From Caecitellus pseudoparvulus (lineage: Eukaryota > Protista > Bigyra: Bicosoecida), in the NCBI GenBank assembly GCA_965644315.1, contig CBFFRQ010000040.1:124001-188000 (forward strand): a stretch of 64,000 bases of DNA, written 5' to 3'. The position numbers and the translations under genes are program-made. Below the pieces are notes generated by a model. It did not search any database. It had not been told where the DNA came from and saw nothing but the letters and a program-made list of their open reading frames with translations. This document shows positions 53,550 to 64,000 of the stretch, piece after piece. How positions within the stretch are numbered: the stretch's first letter is position 1; each line of letters begins with the position of its first letter.

Positions 53550-54965
53550 ATGGCAGCCAGCATCGAGGCAAGCACAGGGCAGGGGGGATCAGGCCCGGCA
53601 ACAGACGAGTACGTCGCTCCGATAGTGCTAGACGTGCCCGTCATGACCGAGGAGGAGGTGGCCGCCATGAGCTGCAGTGCGGCCGAGGAGGGCTGGGAAG
53701 AGCGGGTGCGGGAATTGATGGACGAGTTTGGCGTGGTGGTGCTCACAGACGTCTTGAACGTAACGGAGCTGGAGCAGGCCGAGGCAGCGTTCGGACGGGA
53801 CCTGAAGCGCTGCATTGACACAGAGGCACTTTCTTCTCTGCCTGGTGACTTCCAGACGTGGGCGAAGGAGTTCGTAGCGTTGCCTGACGGCGAGCTGCCT
53901 CGCACCATGCCGTGGCGGAGCGTGCCCGGAAAGCCGGGCCAAGGCATGGCCTCGCTTCACTCCATGGCGCACGGGGAGTTCGCCTGGTCCCTGCGACAAA
54001 AACACATCGTGAAGGCGGCCTTTGCGGCGCTGCACGCCGTGGACAGCGGCGAGATGGCCAGCTCCACAGATGTGCCCTTTTTCTTGCCCCCCTCGGCACC
54101 CCTCCCAAGCGAGGGCGTGACGCAGTGGCTGCACATGGACTACAACTCCCACATCCCTGGCACGGGCGACCGGCCGTGCTTCCAAGGTGTGCTGTACGTG
54201 TGGTCGGCTGAGGCGGCCGATGCGAGCACGACGGTGGTCATGCCCCGGTCGCACGCGGACGGCACGTTTGAGGAGCTCATGCGCGACGACGCCTTCAAGA
54301 CCGAACCACACCACTCCTGCAAGCTGTACAATGCCTCGGATCCCGCGCGCCGCCGGGCCCTTGTGACTCGCGCCCTGGAACGCAGCCGCCGAGTCCCGGC
54401 TCCGGCAGGCTCCCTCGTGCTGTGGGATTCGCGTGTGGCGCACCAGGGCTGGCGAGGCAGTGCTCGTCTGGCACAGACAGTCATGTGGGAGGCTCGGGAT
54501 CACCGGGGGGACACGGCGTGGTGCCGCAAGGCCGCCGCCGCCGCCATCGGCATGGCCACGACGCACTTCGCCTGCATCGGGCGCTGGCACCCCGCCTGCC
54601 GCCCCCGGAAGCCGAGGGCGCCGCAGTTCGAAGCCGGAAACACAGATTCCATCATTCTGCCCATGCAGGATCCAACGCCATGGAGTCTGGACGTTGCGCC
54701 GGTTGCGGAGGAGAAGTGGCCGGCGTTCGTAAAGGCCGCAAACCGTGCAGAGCGCCTGGCTGACCGTGTGGACAAGCTGGCCACGACAAGCGACGCAGAG
54801 CGCAAAGAGCAAATGTCCAAGGCCCTTCAGGTGGACTGCGAGCGGTTTGCAGCGCTGTGGCAGGATGCGACGGGCGAGGCGGTGGACCCGGCGATCCTGA
54901 CGCCGCGCTGGGTGGGCGACGCGTTTGCGCAGTTCCTCAAGCCGCAGGTGAAGGAAAGCCTATGA
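53550..54965 (+). CDS. Phytanoyl-CoA dioxygenase (PhyH)-like 2OG-Fe(II) oxygenase
   Basis: WLHMD (HxD), FQGVL, VVMPRSH, PAGSLVLWDSRVAHQG. Confidence 0.8.
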   Translation: MAASIEASTGQGGSGPATDEYVAPIVLDVPVMTEEEVAAMSCSAAEEGWEERVRELMDEFGVVVLTDVLNVTELEQAEAAFGRDLKRCIDTEALSSLPGDFQTWAKEFVALPDGELPRTMPWRSVPGKPGQGMASLHSMAHGEFAWSLRQKHIVKAAFAALHAVDSGEMASSTDVPFFLPPSAPLPSEGVTQWLHMDYNSHIPGTGDRPCFQGVLYVWSAEAADASTTVVMPRSHADGTFEELMRDDAFKTEPHHSCKLYNASDPARRRALVTRALERSRRVPAPAGSLVLWDSRVAHQGWRGSARLAQTVMWEARDHRGDTAWCRKAAAAAIGMATTHFACIGRWHPACRPRKPRAPQFEAGNTDSIILPMQDPTPWSLDVAPVAEEKWPAFVKAANRAERLADRVDKLATTSDAERKEQMSKALQVDCERFAALWQDATGEAVDPAILTPRWVGDAFAQFLKPQVKESL

Positions 54966-55562
54966 TAAGCTGTTTATTTGTATTGAATGCACATATTCTC
55001 GCCGTCAACCTTGGCTCTCGGCCTGCGACAGCTGCGCCGGTGTGGTCGCAGGTGCCTAGAGTCAGCGAATGGCGCCTGCGCCCCCGCCCCCGCAAGGCTC
55101 AAAATCCATGAATTTCAAGCAGAGCAGCGTTTGCAGCCCTTGGCTTGTCCCTGCCTGCACTGTTCTCATCCGCTTCAGCGAGTCTCCCTCGCTGAGCCGC
55201 CGCCGCCTGCCTTGCCGCTGTCGCAGCTGACCACACCTGCCAAGCACCGCACTGAGTGGTGCCTCCGCCCGCCGGCCGCCCTGCCCAACACCCGGCAGCC
55301 CCACCATGTACGTGAGCTGGTCGTCTTCCGCTCGCCCCCACGGCGGCCCACAGTGCCCCTCACGCAGTGGGCAGCGTCGGTTCCATGGCGTTTCACCCTG
55401 CCCGGCGCACCGCCGCTGCACGCAACCCGACACTGCTCCTCGCAGCATGACATCTGGGGCACAAAGACAGCCGGCTCGACGTTTGAATGGAGGGCAGCCT
55501 ACCTCTGGCCAGGTCGAAGGCGCCCCCATCACGTTCTGGGACCGCGTTCGCATGCTGTGTGA

Positions 55563-56900
55563 GTGGAACTGCCTGCCTCGCCCCTGCACCTCGACACGCC
55601 ACCACCCTTGTACCCCTTGACAGCGTACCACTACACGCCTGTGAAGCAGGCCACGACTGCCACCCATGAATGGCACACGGGCCACTTGCCGGTGACTTTG
55701 TTGTTTTTCGTGGGCATCCTGGCGTACGCCATCTTTGCCTTCGTGCAGTTCAGCGTGCGGCCCACGACAGAAAGCTTCTTCTTGGCCCCGGCGAAAGGCA
55801 TGACCATCCCGCTGCAAGTGTCCATCTGGTGCTCGCACGCATGGGCCTGCTACGACAACGCGACAAACACCGCCTCTGGCTGGCGGTGGGACGCTGCCAC
55901 CACTGTGCAGTCCATTTCTGGCGGCGTGCCAGGCGCCGCCTGCGGCCAGGCAAGCCTCGACGCCACCGCCACCACCGGTCGCTCCCGTGCGGCGCTGAAC
56001 TCCAGTGCAGTGGATGCATTTGCCTCCACCCCCGCTGCAGAGCGCCCTGCCTTCGCACAGGGCACCCTGCTGGGCGACGCCACGCTGTGCTACTCCACCG
56101 ACAGCGCCGACGGCATTCTCATCCGCGTGCCGGGGTTCACCACGACGTCTGGCGTCATTTACGGCGACAGCGCCGCCCCTCGTCTGCGGGTGCTGATCCA
56201 GGGCGTGCCCAGTGCCACGGGGACAGCTGCCACGGACGGCACGCTGGAGGACATGACGCCCATGGAGGTGCAGCTGGACATCGAGCCGCACCAGCGCAAG
56301 AGCGTTTTCATCGGCTCCATCGTCCGCCAAACGCAGGAGGAGTCCCCCTTCGCCTCCCTGCCCTTCGTGGACCCCGTCACCGACAACAAGGCAGGGGTAG
56401 CCATGGATGCGCCAGGCGTCACCTCCTCCACCATGCAGCCCTACATGGCGGATCTGTTCTACGAGGGCAAGAATGACTCCCCCGCCGCACACCTGCGCAT
56501 TCGCATGCGCCAGTACGTGGACGTCTTCCGTGTGGCGCGACCAGGGGACCTGCTGGGCGTGTTTGCTTCCATCGGTGGCTTTGCAGCTACCTGGGGCGCT
56601 GTAATGGGCTTCATCCTCGTGGCGTCTGAAGCTCTGTGCACTTCCCCCCGGCAGCGGGAGGTGGCCACGAAACGCCGCACCATCCAGGCCATGGCAGGCG
56701 TGGGCTTGCTGCCGGAGCAGGAAGCCGAGGAGCTCCTTCACGAGACGCAGGAGCCGCTGGTTTCCTCAAAAACGGGCTCTGTGCGCCTGCGCACTCTGTC
56801 CAGTTCTGAGCGCGTGGGTGACGGCAAGAAGGCCCCTCAGCGCCTGGCGACGACTGTCAAGACAGAGAACCCGTCTGTCAAGGCGGCGTCTCAGGTGTGA
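55563..56900 (+). CDS. Two-TM membrane protein with large extracellular loop (ENaC/DEG-like topology)
   Basis: TM1 LLFFVGILAYAIFAFVQF, TM2 LLGVFASIGGFAATWGAVMGFILV; 5' exon unresolved. Confidence 0.5.
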   Translation: MELPASPLHLDTPPPLYPLTAYHYTPVKQATTATHEWHTGHLPVTLLFFVGILAYAIFAFVQFSVRPTTESFFLAPAKGMTIPLQVSIWCSHAWACYDNATNTASGWRWDAATTVQSISGGVPGAACGQASLDATATTGRSRAALNSSAVDAFASTPAAERPAFAQGTLLGDATLCYSTDSADGILIRVPGFTTTSGVIYGDSAAPRLRVLIQGVPSATGTAATDGTLEDMTPMEVQLDIEPHQRKSVFIGSIVRQTQEESPFASLPFVDPVTDNKAGVAMDAPGVTSSTMQPYMADLFYEGKNDSPAAHLRIRMRQYVDVFRVARPGDLLGVFASIGGFAATWGAVMGFILVASEALCTSPRQREVATKRRTIQAMAGVGLLPEQEAEELLHETQEPLVSSKTGSVRLRTLSSSERVGDGKKAPQRLATTVKTENPSVKAASQV

Positions 56901-57014
56901 ACGCGCCAGGGCGGGCTGTTGCGGTGTGCATGTTGTGGCGCTGCCGGCTGGCGTGTTTGCTCCGGCGGCGACGAGTGTCTGTGTTGGTTGGAAATACACT
57001 TTCCACCCCCCCCC

Positions 57015-57898
57015 TCAGCGGCCCTCGTCACCCCTTGCATCGCCGGATTGAATGCCATCATCTTGGCCTGCATGCCCACTGCGGTCCGAACTTTGCGCAG
57101 GCGCCACGAGCTCCGGCACTGGGTTCTCCCCCAAGTCGCTGCCGTAGCAACGGTGGAACACTTGTTCCACACACGTCCGCCCCAGGTCTGGGAACACCAT
57201 GCAGGTGGACTGCAGGGCCCGCGAGCGAGTGCAGTCTCGCTGCAGCCACGGGTGCCACGAATCCGCACACTCTGCCGCCAGCGCGGCGCGCACTTCGCTG
57301 CAGGCCAACGGGCCGCACAACTGCAGGTCCATGCCCAGCACACCATGCTGCGAGGGCGCGTAGGGGCGGAGGTGGTCCGGTTGCGGTGTGTATCGCGCGC
57401 TGCCGCCTCACATCCACTGCGTGCGTCAGTTCGTGTGCCAGGGCAGAGGTCACCTTGTGCGGCGTGTCCAGCTCCCGCACCGAGAAGGTGATGGCAGGAG
57501 GGGGGCTCGTGAACTCCGCCTTGATGCCGGCGTGCTTCCGTGCCGCTCGGGCAGGGTCCATGCCGGCCTCTATGTCATCCTGCGCAGGGGCCGCGGTAGT
57601 CGGTGCCACGGCTGGGAGCGAAATGCAAGCCGGCTGACGCAGCCCCACACACCTGCACGCGGTCCCTAATGTACAACTGCAAGGAGGCCTGCTGGTCTGC
57701 GCCTGCCGGGTCCTCCTCACGGCAGGGCGAGCCAGCCGCGCACAAGTGCTGCTCCACGCCACAGTCCAAGCGGAGCAGAGGCATGGACCGCAGCAGCTTG
57801 TTCAAGTGCTGGCATCGGCCTTCTGAAGACACCCTGCACTCGTTGATGGTCGAAATAAGAACCCCGCACACTTCCTGCGCAGCCAGATGACCAGCCAT
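57015..57898 (-). CDS. ATP23: Mitochondrial inner-membrane metalloprotease ATP23 (spliced)
   Basis: LAHELTHAVD (HExxH), LACSEVRAA...EC, C.R.RA..S, VF.RCY.D..P across exons. Confidence 0.8.
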
Positions 57899-58312
57899 GC
57901 CTGCACTTGGCTTCACAAAATATGAACTTGATCCGAAACGCCTGTGAAACGGCTGCGAGCAGCAGCCTCACCTCAAGAACACAGTGCACAGATCAAATGA
58001 GACACTACCATGCACCAGCTTGATATTAAGGGAGATGCAAGCCTTTTGCACAGGTTTTCGATGGGTGCAAGCCGCCTAGCGAGTTCGTGAGGCTAAATGT
58101 GTCGTTGGAAGTCAAAGAGACCTCGAAATTGCATCATTCGCGGAACGTGAGTTTGGGAACCGAAATGCATTTCTCACCTCTGCAACTGCGAAGCACTTTT
58201 CCCACGCTATCCTGACTGTCCAACCCGGTGTATCCGTAGCACAGACACACAGGGACGCCCACCCGCGCCCATTCGTTGTCTTTTGCTGGAAGCTCCCGCA
58301 CAAGCATCCACC

Positions 58313-59184
58313 ATGGTGAGTTTCACCCATTTCGTGTCCGCGCCTGTTGGGGCTGCTGAGGCTGGTGGCAGCTGCAAATGGAGTCCCCGTGCCGCGTTCT
58401 TCGCGTTGTCAACCTGGTGCAGTTTAGGTGCCTGCTTTGGGTGCCTCGTGCCGACTGTGTGGCCCGGTATGGCTGGAGGTGCAGGTGTCGGTGCAAATTC
58501 CGCACTTCCGTGGTGGGATGAGCCAATCCTGTCGCTCGGGGACGCCCTTGGCAGACATCACACAGACTGCGCTGCACCGAAGCATATAGATACCCTGTAG
58601 CTTGCTTCGTTGTCTCCCTGTGCCCCTCCTGCGAGCTGCGTCGTCGCTGCCTCTGCCGCGGCGTCTGGTGTGGTTCCTGCTCTGCAGCACTTCACTGAGC
58701 TTGCCGCCCGCCCCCCACACAGGCCTCTGAGCTGACCGACGAGCAGCTGGCTGCCCTGAAGAAGCGCCGCCAGTTCAAGAAGTTCTCCTTCCGAGGCATT
58801 GACCTGGAGAAGCTGCTGGAGATGTCCAACTCCCCCGAGCTGGTCGCCCTGCTGCCCTCCCGCATCCGCCGCCGCTTCCGCCGTGCCACCATCGACCGCA
58901 AGCACATGCACCTGATGAAGAAGCTGCGCAAGAGCAAGCGCGAGTGCGGGCCCCTGGACAAGCCCGAGCCTGTGCGCACCCACCTGCGCAACATGATCAT
59001 CCTGCCCGAGATGATCGGCAACGTCATCTACATCTACAACGGCCGCGGCCACGTCGTCGTTGAGGTGCGCCCTGACATGATCGGCAAGTACTTTGGCGAG
59101 TTCTCCATCACGTACAAGCCTACGCTGCACGGCCGCCCTGGCCTGGGCGCCACCCACAGCTCCCGCTTCATCCCCCTGCACTAA
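58313..59184 (+). CDS. RPS15: 40S ribosomal protein S15 (uS19); ATG exon, intron 58316-58722
   Basis: [58 protein letters not shown]. Confidence 0.95.
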
Positions 59185-59423
59185 AGCGGCGAATTCACCA
59201 CAGTCAGCACGCCTGCAATCACTGCATCACGTGTGTCATTCCCATCTTGCGTTTGTCTTGAGGTGCCTTCCAGAGCACTGGGCGCATGGCGTGGTGGGGC
59301 AGCGGAATTCGAGCACGTAATTTCGCCAAGAGATCATGGCCACTTTGGCTTCCCCGGCACATCGAATCCACCAGAATGAATGCAACTAAAACCTGGGTTT
59401 CAATGTAATGGCTTTTTGTCACT

Positions 59424-62400
59424 GTGCTGAAGGTCCTCCCTGGCGCCTCTGTGGCCAGGAGCTCCTCCAAGCACATGCGGACTCCCCATACCACAGCTGC
59501 TGCCGCAGCAGCGGCAGAGGCCGCCGTGCCTCCAACCAGGGCCGATGGTGCGTACTGTGCACTGCAAGGCGCCTTTCCACTCTTGCACTCGCCTACACCC
59601 CGCCTGTACACGGAATCCACAGCAATCTTGAAGGACCTTCAGCGGGCTGTGCACCTGCTTGAGATGAGGCAGGCTCAGCGGCTGCTTGATGAAGGGCTGG
59701 CTTTGGGCGCAGCCTTCGATATCAACAAGCCCATCTCGCCATACGACGGCTCCTCCGCCCCAAGCCGCCCCGTAGTCTTCGATGCCGTTGAGCTGGGCGC
59801 GAGCCCGCTCGTCATGCTGCTGTGCCGAAACGGCGTTGACCCGAACGCGGTTTTCAACGGCAGCACGGTCATGGGCGCGTGCTGCCGCCTGGGACAGTAC
59901 AAGTGCGTCGAGGAACTGCGGGCAGTGTGGTCGCGAGCGTTGGAGGGCAAGACGAGCGTCTCGGCGCTGGCCACTGCCTGTGCCTTCAAGCGCGCCGACA
60001 TAGTTCGGCTGCTTCTGCGTTCGGATGCCGCACCGGATGGGGTGGGCGTCGTGGATGGAGGGGACGGCAAGCCCACCACCCCCTTGCGAGAGCTGGTGCG
60101 CCCGCCATATCCCAATATCAGGGAGGTGACCAGCCTCGTTAGCCACCTGCTTGCCATGGGAGCCCGCCCAAACAGGCTGCCGTACAAGAAAGCCCGCCCC
60201 GCTCTCTTCATCCTCTGTGCAGCGGAGGACACCGACCTGGAAGTGCGCAGCATGTTGGAGATGCTGCTCGATGCTGGTTGTGACGCGGCTGCCCCCAACA
60301 AGCTGGGCATCACCCCTGCTGCCTTTTGTGCCGCCACCGGGAAAGTCAACTTTCTGCGAGTGCTGCTGTTGCGGCACGCGCCCATGCTGCCCCCTGGCAC
60401 GCCCGACCCGGAAGAGAAGCTGGAAAAATTGCTGGGGAATCTGCTCAAGAAGGATAAAGGCGATGCTGTAGCGATGTGGGCGTCAATGACGCAACCCTGC
60501 CCCATTTCCCAGCGGGCCGTCCGTCAAACCCTGGCTTCTGCTCTGCAGGCCGGGAACAAGAGGGTGGCAGCCGCTCTCGCAAAGTGGTGTACAGACCCGA
60601 ACACGCCCACAGAGACAGGCATTCCTTTGCTGGCGCTGGCCGCCTTGCACGGGGACGCGGCCTGTGCTCTTGCCTTGCTAGCTGCTGGTGCGGACCCGCG
60701 GGCGGCCGTTTTGCCGTGGGGCTGGACCCCTCTGCACGCGGCCATGTGGGCCCTGCCCCGACATGTGGACTTGGCTCGGGCAGTGCAAGCATTGCTAGAT
60801 GCTGGTGCTGATCCGCTGGCAGTGTGCGACGTCCCAGGAGAGGACCTGGACACGCCCGTCTGCCCCGGCTCGACGATTTCTGGCACGCTGGAGGAGCTGG
60901 CAGGCACGCCTCTGCAGCTCATGACAGAGGCCCCGCCCAGCATGCATTCGGCGCTCCTTTTCGATAGCATCAGCATTCCATGGGCTGACCACTTGCCTGC
61001 CTTGTCCGCTGCGTACAGACATGGCCACCTGGCCCTCGTACGGGCGGCGTTGAGCGCTGCGCCGGATCAACGGCCGCCCATGAACTTCTGGGCGCGCCTT
61101 GGGACAGTGCCGCCCCCACAGAGCATCTGCACTCCTGATCAGTTCTACACGTGTCTGTTTGAAGTCGTTGCGACCTTTGACTCCAGTGTCACCACCCATC
61201 GCACAGCCGCCGCCACCGCAACTGACTCTGTCTCTGGTACCGCCGCCGACGAAGACCCCGCTCAGCCCAGCTCTTGGAGCAGCTTGCGCACATGGCAAGC
61301 GCCGCCCCGCCCAGCCCCTGCATTCATGCCACACACGTACTCACCCCCTCCAAGAGTAGGTGAACTGTCAGGCCAGGAAGCCTTGACCCTTCTCCTCGAC
61401 CTGGATACACACCTCGGCGCCACTGGCGTCCTCGAGCTCAGCGCTGCTGTTGTTCTGAGTGCTCTGGAGCAGTTGTTCCCAGATGAAGTTGCCGCTGGAA
61501 TTTCAGACAGGCCTCGCCTGTTGGCAGCCCGCGAGTGGGCCACTCGCAGCACTGACGCTGCATTCGCACCGCCGGCGTTGCTCGCTGGTAGCTCGGGTAC
61601 GACGGCGCCAGCAGCTGCCGGAGCGGGCCCAGGCTTATCTGCTACCCTTGCGCTGGAAACAGGGTCGCCCCTCATGCACACCAAGCCTTCTCGGCGTCGA
61701 AGGAAGGGCAGTCCACGCCAGCGCAAGCCCATCGCGCCTGCTGTCACTGAGGGAGCGACGGCAAGCCCAGTCCACCTGACCTTCGGCGGCCCAAGCTCCC
61801 CAGCCAGGTCAAGCTCGGATACGGCGAGTGCAGAAGTGTCGGCGCATACGCAGTCACCAGGCCTGCTTGGTGTGACAAGGTGCGGACGAGGTGCGAGCCC
61901 TTCGCGCGAAGGAGAGGGTGGTCTGCTTGGGGGTGGTGAAGGCGGTGGTGGTACACCTATGTCAGGCGGGCTGCTGGGAGGCGGTAGTGGCACGCCCACG
62001 TCAGGTGGGCTGCTTGGGGGTTCTCACGTTGATAGCCAGCCCACGTCAGGCGGGCTGCTGGGAGGTGCTCACGTTGATAGCCAGCCCACGTCAGGCGGGC
62101 TGCTGGGAGGCGCTCACGTTGATAGCCAGCCCACGTCAGGCGGGCTGCTGGGAGGCGCTCACGTTGATAGCCAGCCCACGTCAGGCGGGCTGCTGGGAGG
62201 CGGTAGTGGTACGCTCACGTCAGGCGGGCTGCTGGGAGGCGGTAGTGGCACGCCCACGTCAGGCGGGCTGCTGGGAGGCGCTCACGTTGATAGCCAGCCC
62301 ACGTCAGGCGGGCTGCTGGGAGGCGGTAGTGGTACGCTCACGTCAGGCGGGCTGCTGGGAGGCGCTCACGTTGATAGCCAGCCCGCGTCAGGCGGGCTGC

Positions 62401-63125
62401 TGGGAGGCGCTCACGTTGATAGCCAGCCCGCGTCAGGCGGGCTGCTGGGAGGCGGTAGTGGTACGCCCGCGTCAGGCGGGCTGCTGGACGAGGGTACTGA
62501 GCTCCTCGCTGGCTCAGGGCGTGGGGATGAAGGGGAAGGCGGGGGCAATGTTGATGTTGTCGTTCACACTCTTCATGGCGGTTTCAGTGCCCAGAGTGGT
62601 CAAGTGAGCAGCTCTCAAGGGGCCAGCAGTGATGGAGGCTCGTCGCTTGAGGTTCCTTCGCTGGGCGCTGGAGGACCTGACCTGTCTGAGCATAGTCCCC
62701 ACTCATTGACACCCCAGCGACCTTCAAGAGGAGCGTCAAACGCAGGCTCGGGGCTGTTTGGCGCTGGGGGAAGTGGTGGCAGTAATGGGTTGCTGAGTGC
62801 AGGTCGCAGCAAGAGCAGCACTGCTGGCTTGGGGCTTTTAGGAGGCAGCAGCAGCCGGGAAACCGCGCAAGGGCGGTCAAGTGGCGAAGGATTGCTGGGC
62901 AGAGCCGGGGTGAGGCTTTTCGGAGGCTTCGGTGCGCCATCAGACCCAGGCAGCCTGTTCCGACCAGCGGATCCTGCGCGTTCCGGGTCGGAGGAGCGTC
63001 CAGAAGTTTTGTTCGGGGTTGGGGAATCTGCAGCCGCTGGACCTGGCCTCTCGTTGCGAGAGAGAATGACAGGCCTGCTGTCAAGGGACACTGAGCAGAC
63101 AAACGACATGGCCCACAGAGAGTGA
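59424..63125 (+). CDS. Ankyrin-repeat protein with low-complexity GLLG-repeat C-terminus
   Basis: GITPAAFCAATG, GIPLLALAALHG...LLAAGADP, GWTPLHAA; true start uncertain. Confidence 0.75.
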   Translation: MLKVLPGASVARSSSKHMRTPHTTAAAAAAAEAAVPPTRADGAYCALQGAFPLLHSPTPRLYTESTAILKDLQRAVHLLEMRQAQRLLDEGLALGAAFDINKPISPYDGSSAPSRPVVFDAVELGASPLVMLLCRNGVDPNAVFNGSTVMGACCRLGQYKCVEELRAVWSRALEGKTSVSALATACAFKRADIVRLLLRSDAAPDGVGVVDGGDGKPTTPLRELVRPPYPNIREVTSLVSHLLAMGARPNRLPYKKARPALFILCAAEDTDLEVRSMLEMLLDAGCDAAAPNKLGITPAAFCAATGKVNFLRVLLLRHAPMLPPGTPDPEEKLEKLLGNLLKKDKGDAVAMWASMTQPCPISQRAVRQTLASALQAGNKRVAAALAKWCTDPNTPTETGIPLLALAALHGDAACALALLAAGADPRAAVLPWGWTPLHAAMWALPRHVDLARAVQALLDAGADPLAVCDVPGEDLDTPVCPGSTISGTLEELAGTPLQLMTEAPPSMHSALLFDSISIPWADHLPALSAAYRHGHLALVRAALSAAPDQRPPMNFWARLGTVPPPQSICTPDQFYTCLFEVVATFDSSVTTHRTAAATATDSVSGTAADEDPAQPSSWSSLRTWQAPPRPAPAFMPHTYSPPPRVGELSGQEALTLLLDLDTHLGATGVLELSAAVVLSALEQLFPDEVAAGISDRPRLLAAREWATRSTDAAFAPPALLAGSSGTTAPAAAGAGPGLSATLALETGSPLMHTKPSRRRRKGSPRQRKPIAPAVTEGATASPVHLTFGGPSSPARSSSDTASAEVSAHTQSPGLLGVTRCGRGASPSREGEGGLLGGGEGGGGTPMSGGLLGGGSGTPTSGGLLGGSHVDSQPTSGGLLGGAHVDSQPTSGGLLGGAHVDSQPTSGGLLGGAHVDSQPTSGGLLGGGSGTLTSGGLLGGGSGTPTSGGLLGGAHVDSQPTSGGLLGGGSGTLTSGGLLGGAHVDSQPASGGLLGGAHVDSQPASGGLLGGGSGTPASGGLLDEGTELLAGSGRGDEGEGGGNVDVVVHTLHGGFSAQSGQVSSSQGASSDGGSSLEVPSLGAGGPDLSEHSPHSLTPQRPSRGASNAGSGLFGAGGSGGSNGLLSAGRSKSSTAGLGLLGGSSSRETAQGRSSGEGLLGRAGVRLFGGFGAPSDPGSLFRPADPARSGSEERPEVLFGVGESAAAGPGLSLRERMTGLLSRDTEQTNDMAHRE
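61962..62487 (+). repeat. Coding tandem repeats of 45 and 39 bp (SGGLLGGAHVDSQPT / SGGLLGGGSGTPT)
   Basis: 12 complete units plus a partial unit, two variants interleaved. Confidence 0.9.
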
Positions 63126-63303
63126 ATCAACCGGGCCTCCCACAACATTGGACCAAATGCATGTGACTCTGTGTGGCCTGCTCGAAAGTGACAAGGAAGC
63201 GGTCAGCCCAATTAGCCTGCTTGCATTCAAATTGTGGCAACGCAGAGAACATAACCCACATGTACCAAGGAGGACACCACCCTCCTCGGAAGTAACACTT
63301 AAA

Positions 63304-64000
63304 TTAGGCCCAGCTGGACACTGAGCGCGTCGAGAGAGGCGTGCCGTGCTTGGGCACCAGCCCTGCGTCTCCCGCCTCCATGCCAGCTTCCCGCAGCACT
63401 TGGCGCGTGAAAGCGGCCAGGCGCGGCAGCGCAAACACCTGCGCAAACTCAGCCAGCATGTGGGCATTGTCCGTGACGCAGTTATCGCATGCAATGCCTT
63501 CCAGCACGGCGGTCAAGTCATGGATGCCCAGACGGCAGGCAGCCGCTAGAAGGTCCAGGCAGTTCTCCCCCGTGACGATGCCGCTGTCCCCGGCGTACAC
63601 CCAGTCCAGGACCAGGCGGAAGATGGAAGGGGCAATGTCGTTGATGGTAGCGGCCTTGGCAGTGGCCCGGCGCACGTGTGGCGCGAGGGACGTGCCCAGT
63701 GCCGGCGCACCCGCCCCCTTGGCCCAGCAGGGGGAGGAGCTGACGTCTTGGAAGTCAGAACTGAGCAGGCGCTCAAAGAACTCGTAACGCATCACGACGG
63801 CGGCGTGTGCGAAGAACACCTCCGAGGTGGGGCTCGCGCCGTCCTCCGCCGCCCCACTCACCATCAAGGCGACATCAGGGAACAGCCCCAGTGCTCCACC
63901 CGCCCGCATATCCGCCACCCACTTGCTGGGGGCCGGGGCGATGGTGGTGCTGAGCTCCTTGTGCGTTGGTGGGGCGGGTGGCGTGGCGCCAGCTGGTCCC
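63304..64000 (-). CDS. BTB/POZ-domain protein, C-terminal part (runs off window)
   Basis: FPDVALMV...FFAHAAVV..YEFFERLL...FRLVLDWVYAG...CLDLLAAA..LGI..L. Confidence 0.8.
   Translation of the reverse strand, partial: GPAGATPPAPPTHKELSTTIAPAPSKWVADMRAGGALGLFPDVALMVSGAAEDGASPTSEVFFAHAAVVMRYEFFERLLSSDFQDVSSSPCWAKGAGAPALGTSLAPHVRRATAKAATINDIAPSIFRLVLDWVYAGDSGIVTGENCLDLLAAACRLGIHDLTAVLEGIACDNCVTDNAHMLAEFAQVFALPRLAAFTRQVLREAGMEAGDAGLVPKHGTPLSTRSVSSWA

Noticed and set aside
53550-54965. TET/JBP dioxygenase linked to the Plavaka element
   Set aside because: Motifs are PhyH-like and the gene lies about 5 kb outside the transposon end.

Overview
GC-rich eukaryotic (protist-like, short spliceosomal introns) DNA containing a three-level nested insertion that can be reconstructed to the base. 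(1) An intronless ~2,180-aa signal peptide/LRR/multi-TM receptor-like gene (minus strand, 49593->48613 joined to 22217->16647) is split by (2) a ~8.2-kb Plavaka/CMC-type DNA transposon (22220-48612; imperfect 16-bp TIRs, 2-bp TG TSD). The transposase gene of that element is split by (3) an intact-looking, strongly AT-rich 18.1-kb endogenous Polinton-like virus (29363-47506; 416-bp TIRs, 5-bp CGGGT TSD). The virus encodes a packaging ATPase, major and minor capsid proteins, a fibre, a lipase, an rve integrase with chromodomain, a short divergent pPolB and an SF3 helicase; no maturation protease was recognised. It carries a 14-bp motif upstream of five minus-strand (replication-block) genes and AT-rich hairpins after several genes, suggesting giant-virus-style transcription. 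Flanking host genes are ordinary: BTB proteins, DUF2828, a GAF protein, a desaturase, a carboxylesterase, a PhyH dioxygenase, ATP23, RPS15 and an ankyrin protein. All family assignments come from motif recognition by eye, not database searches.
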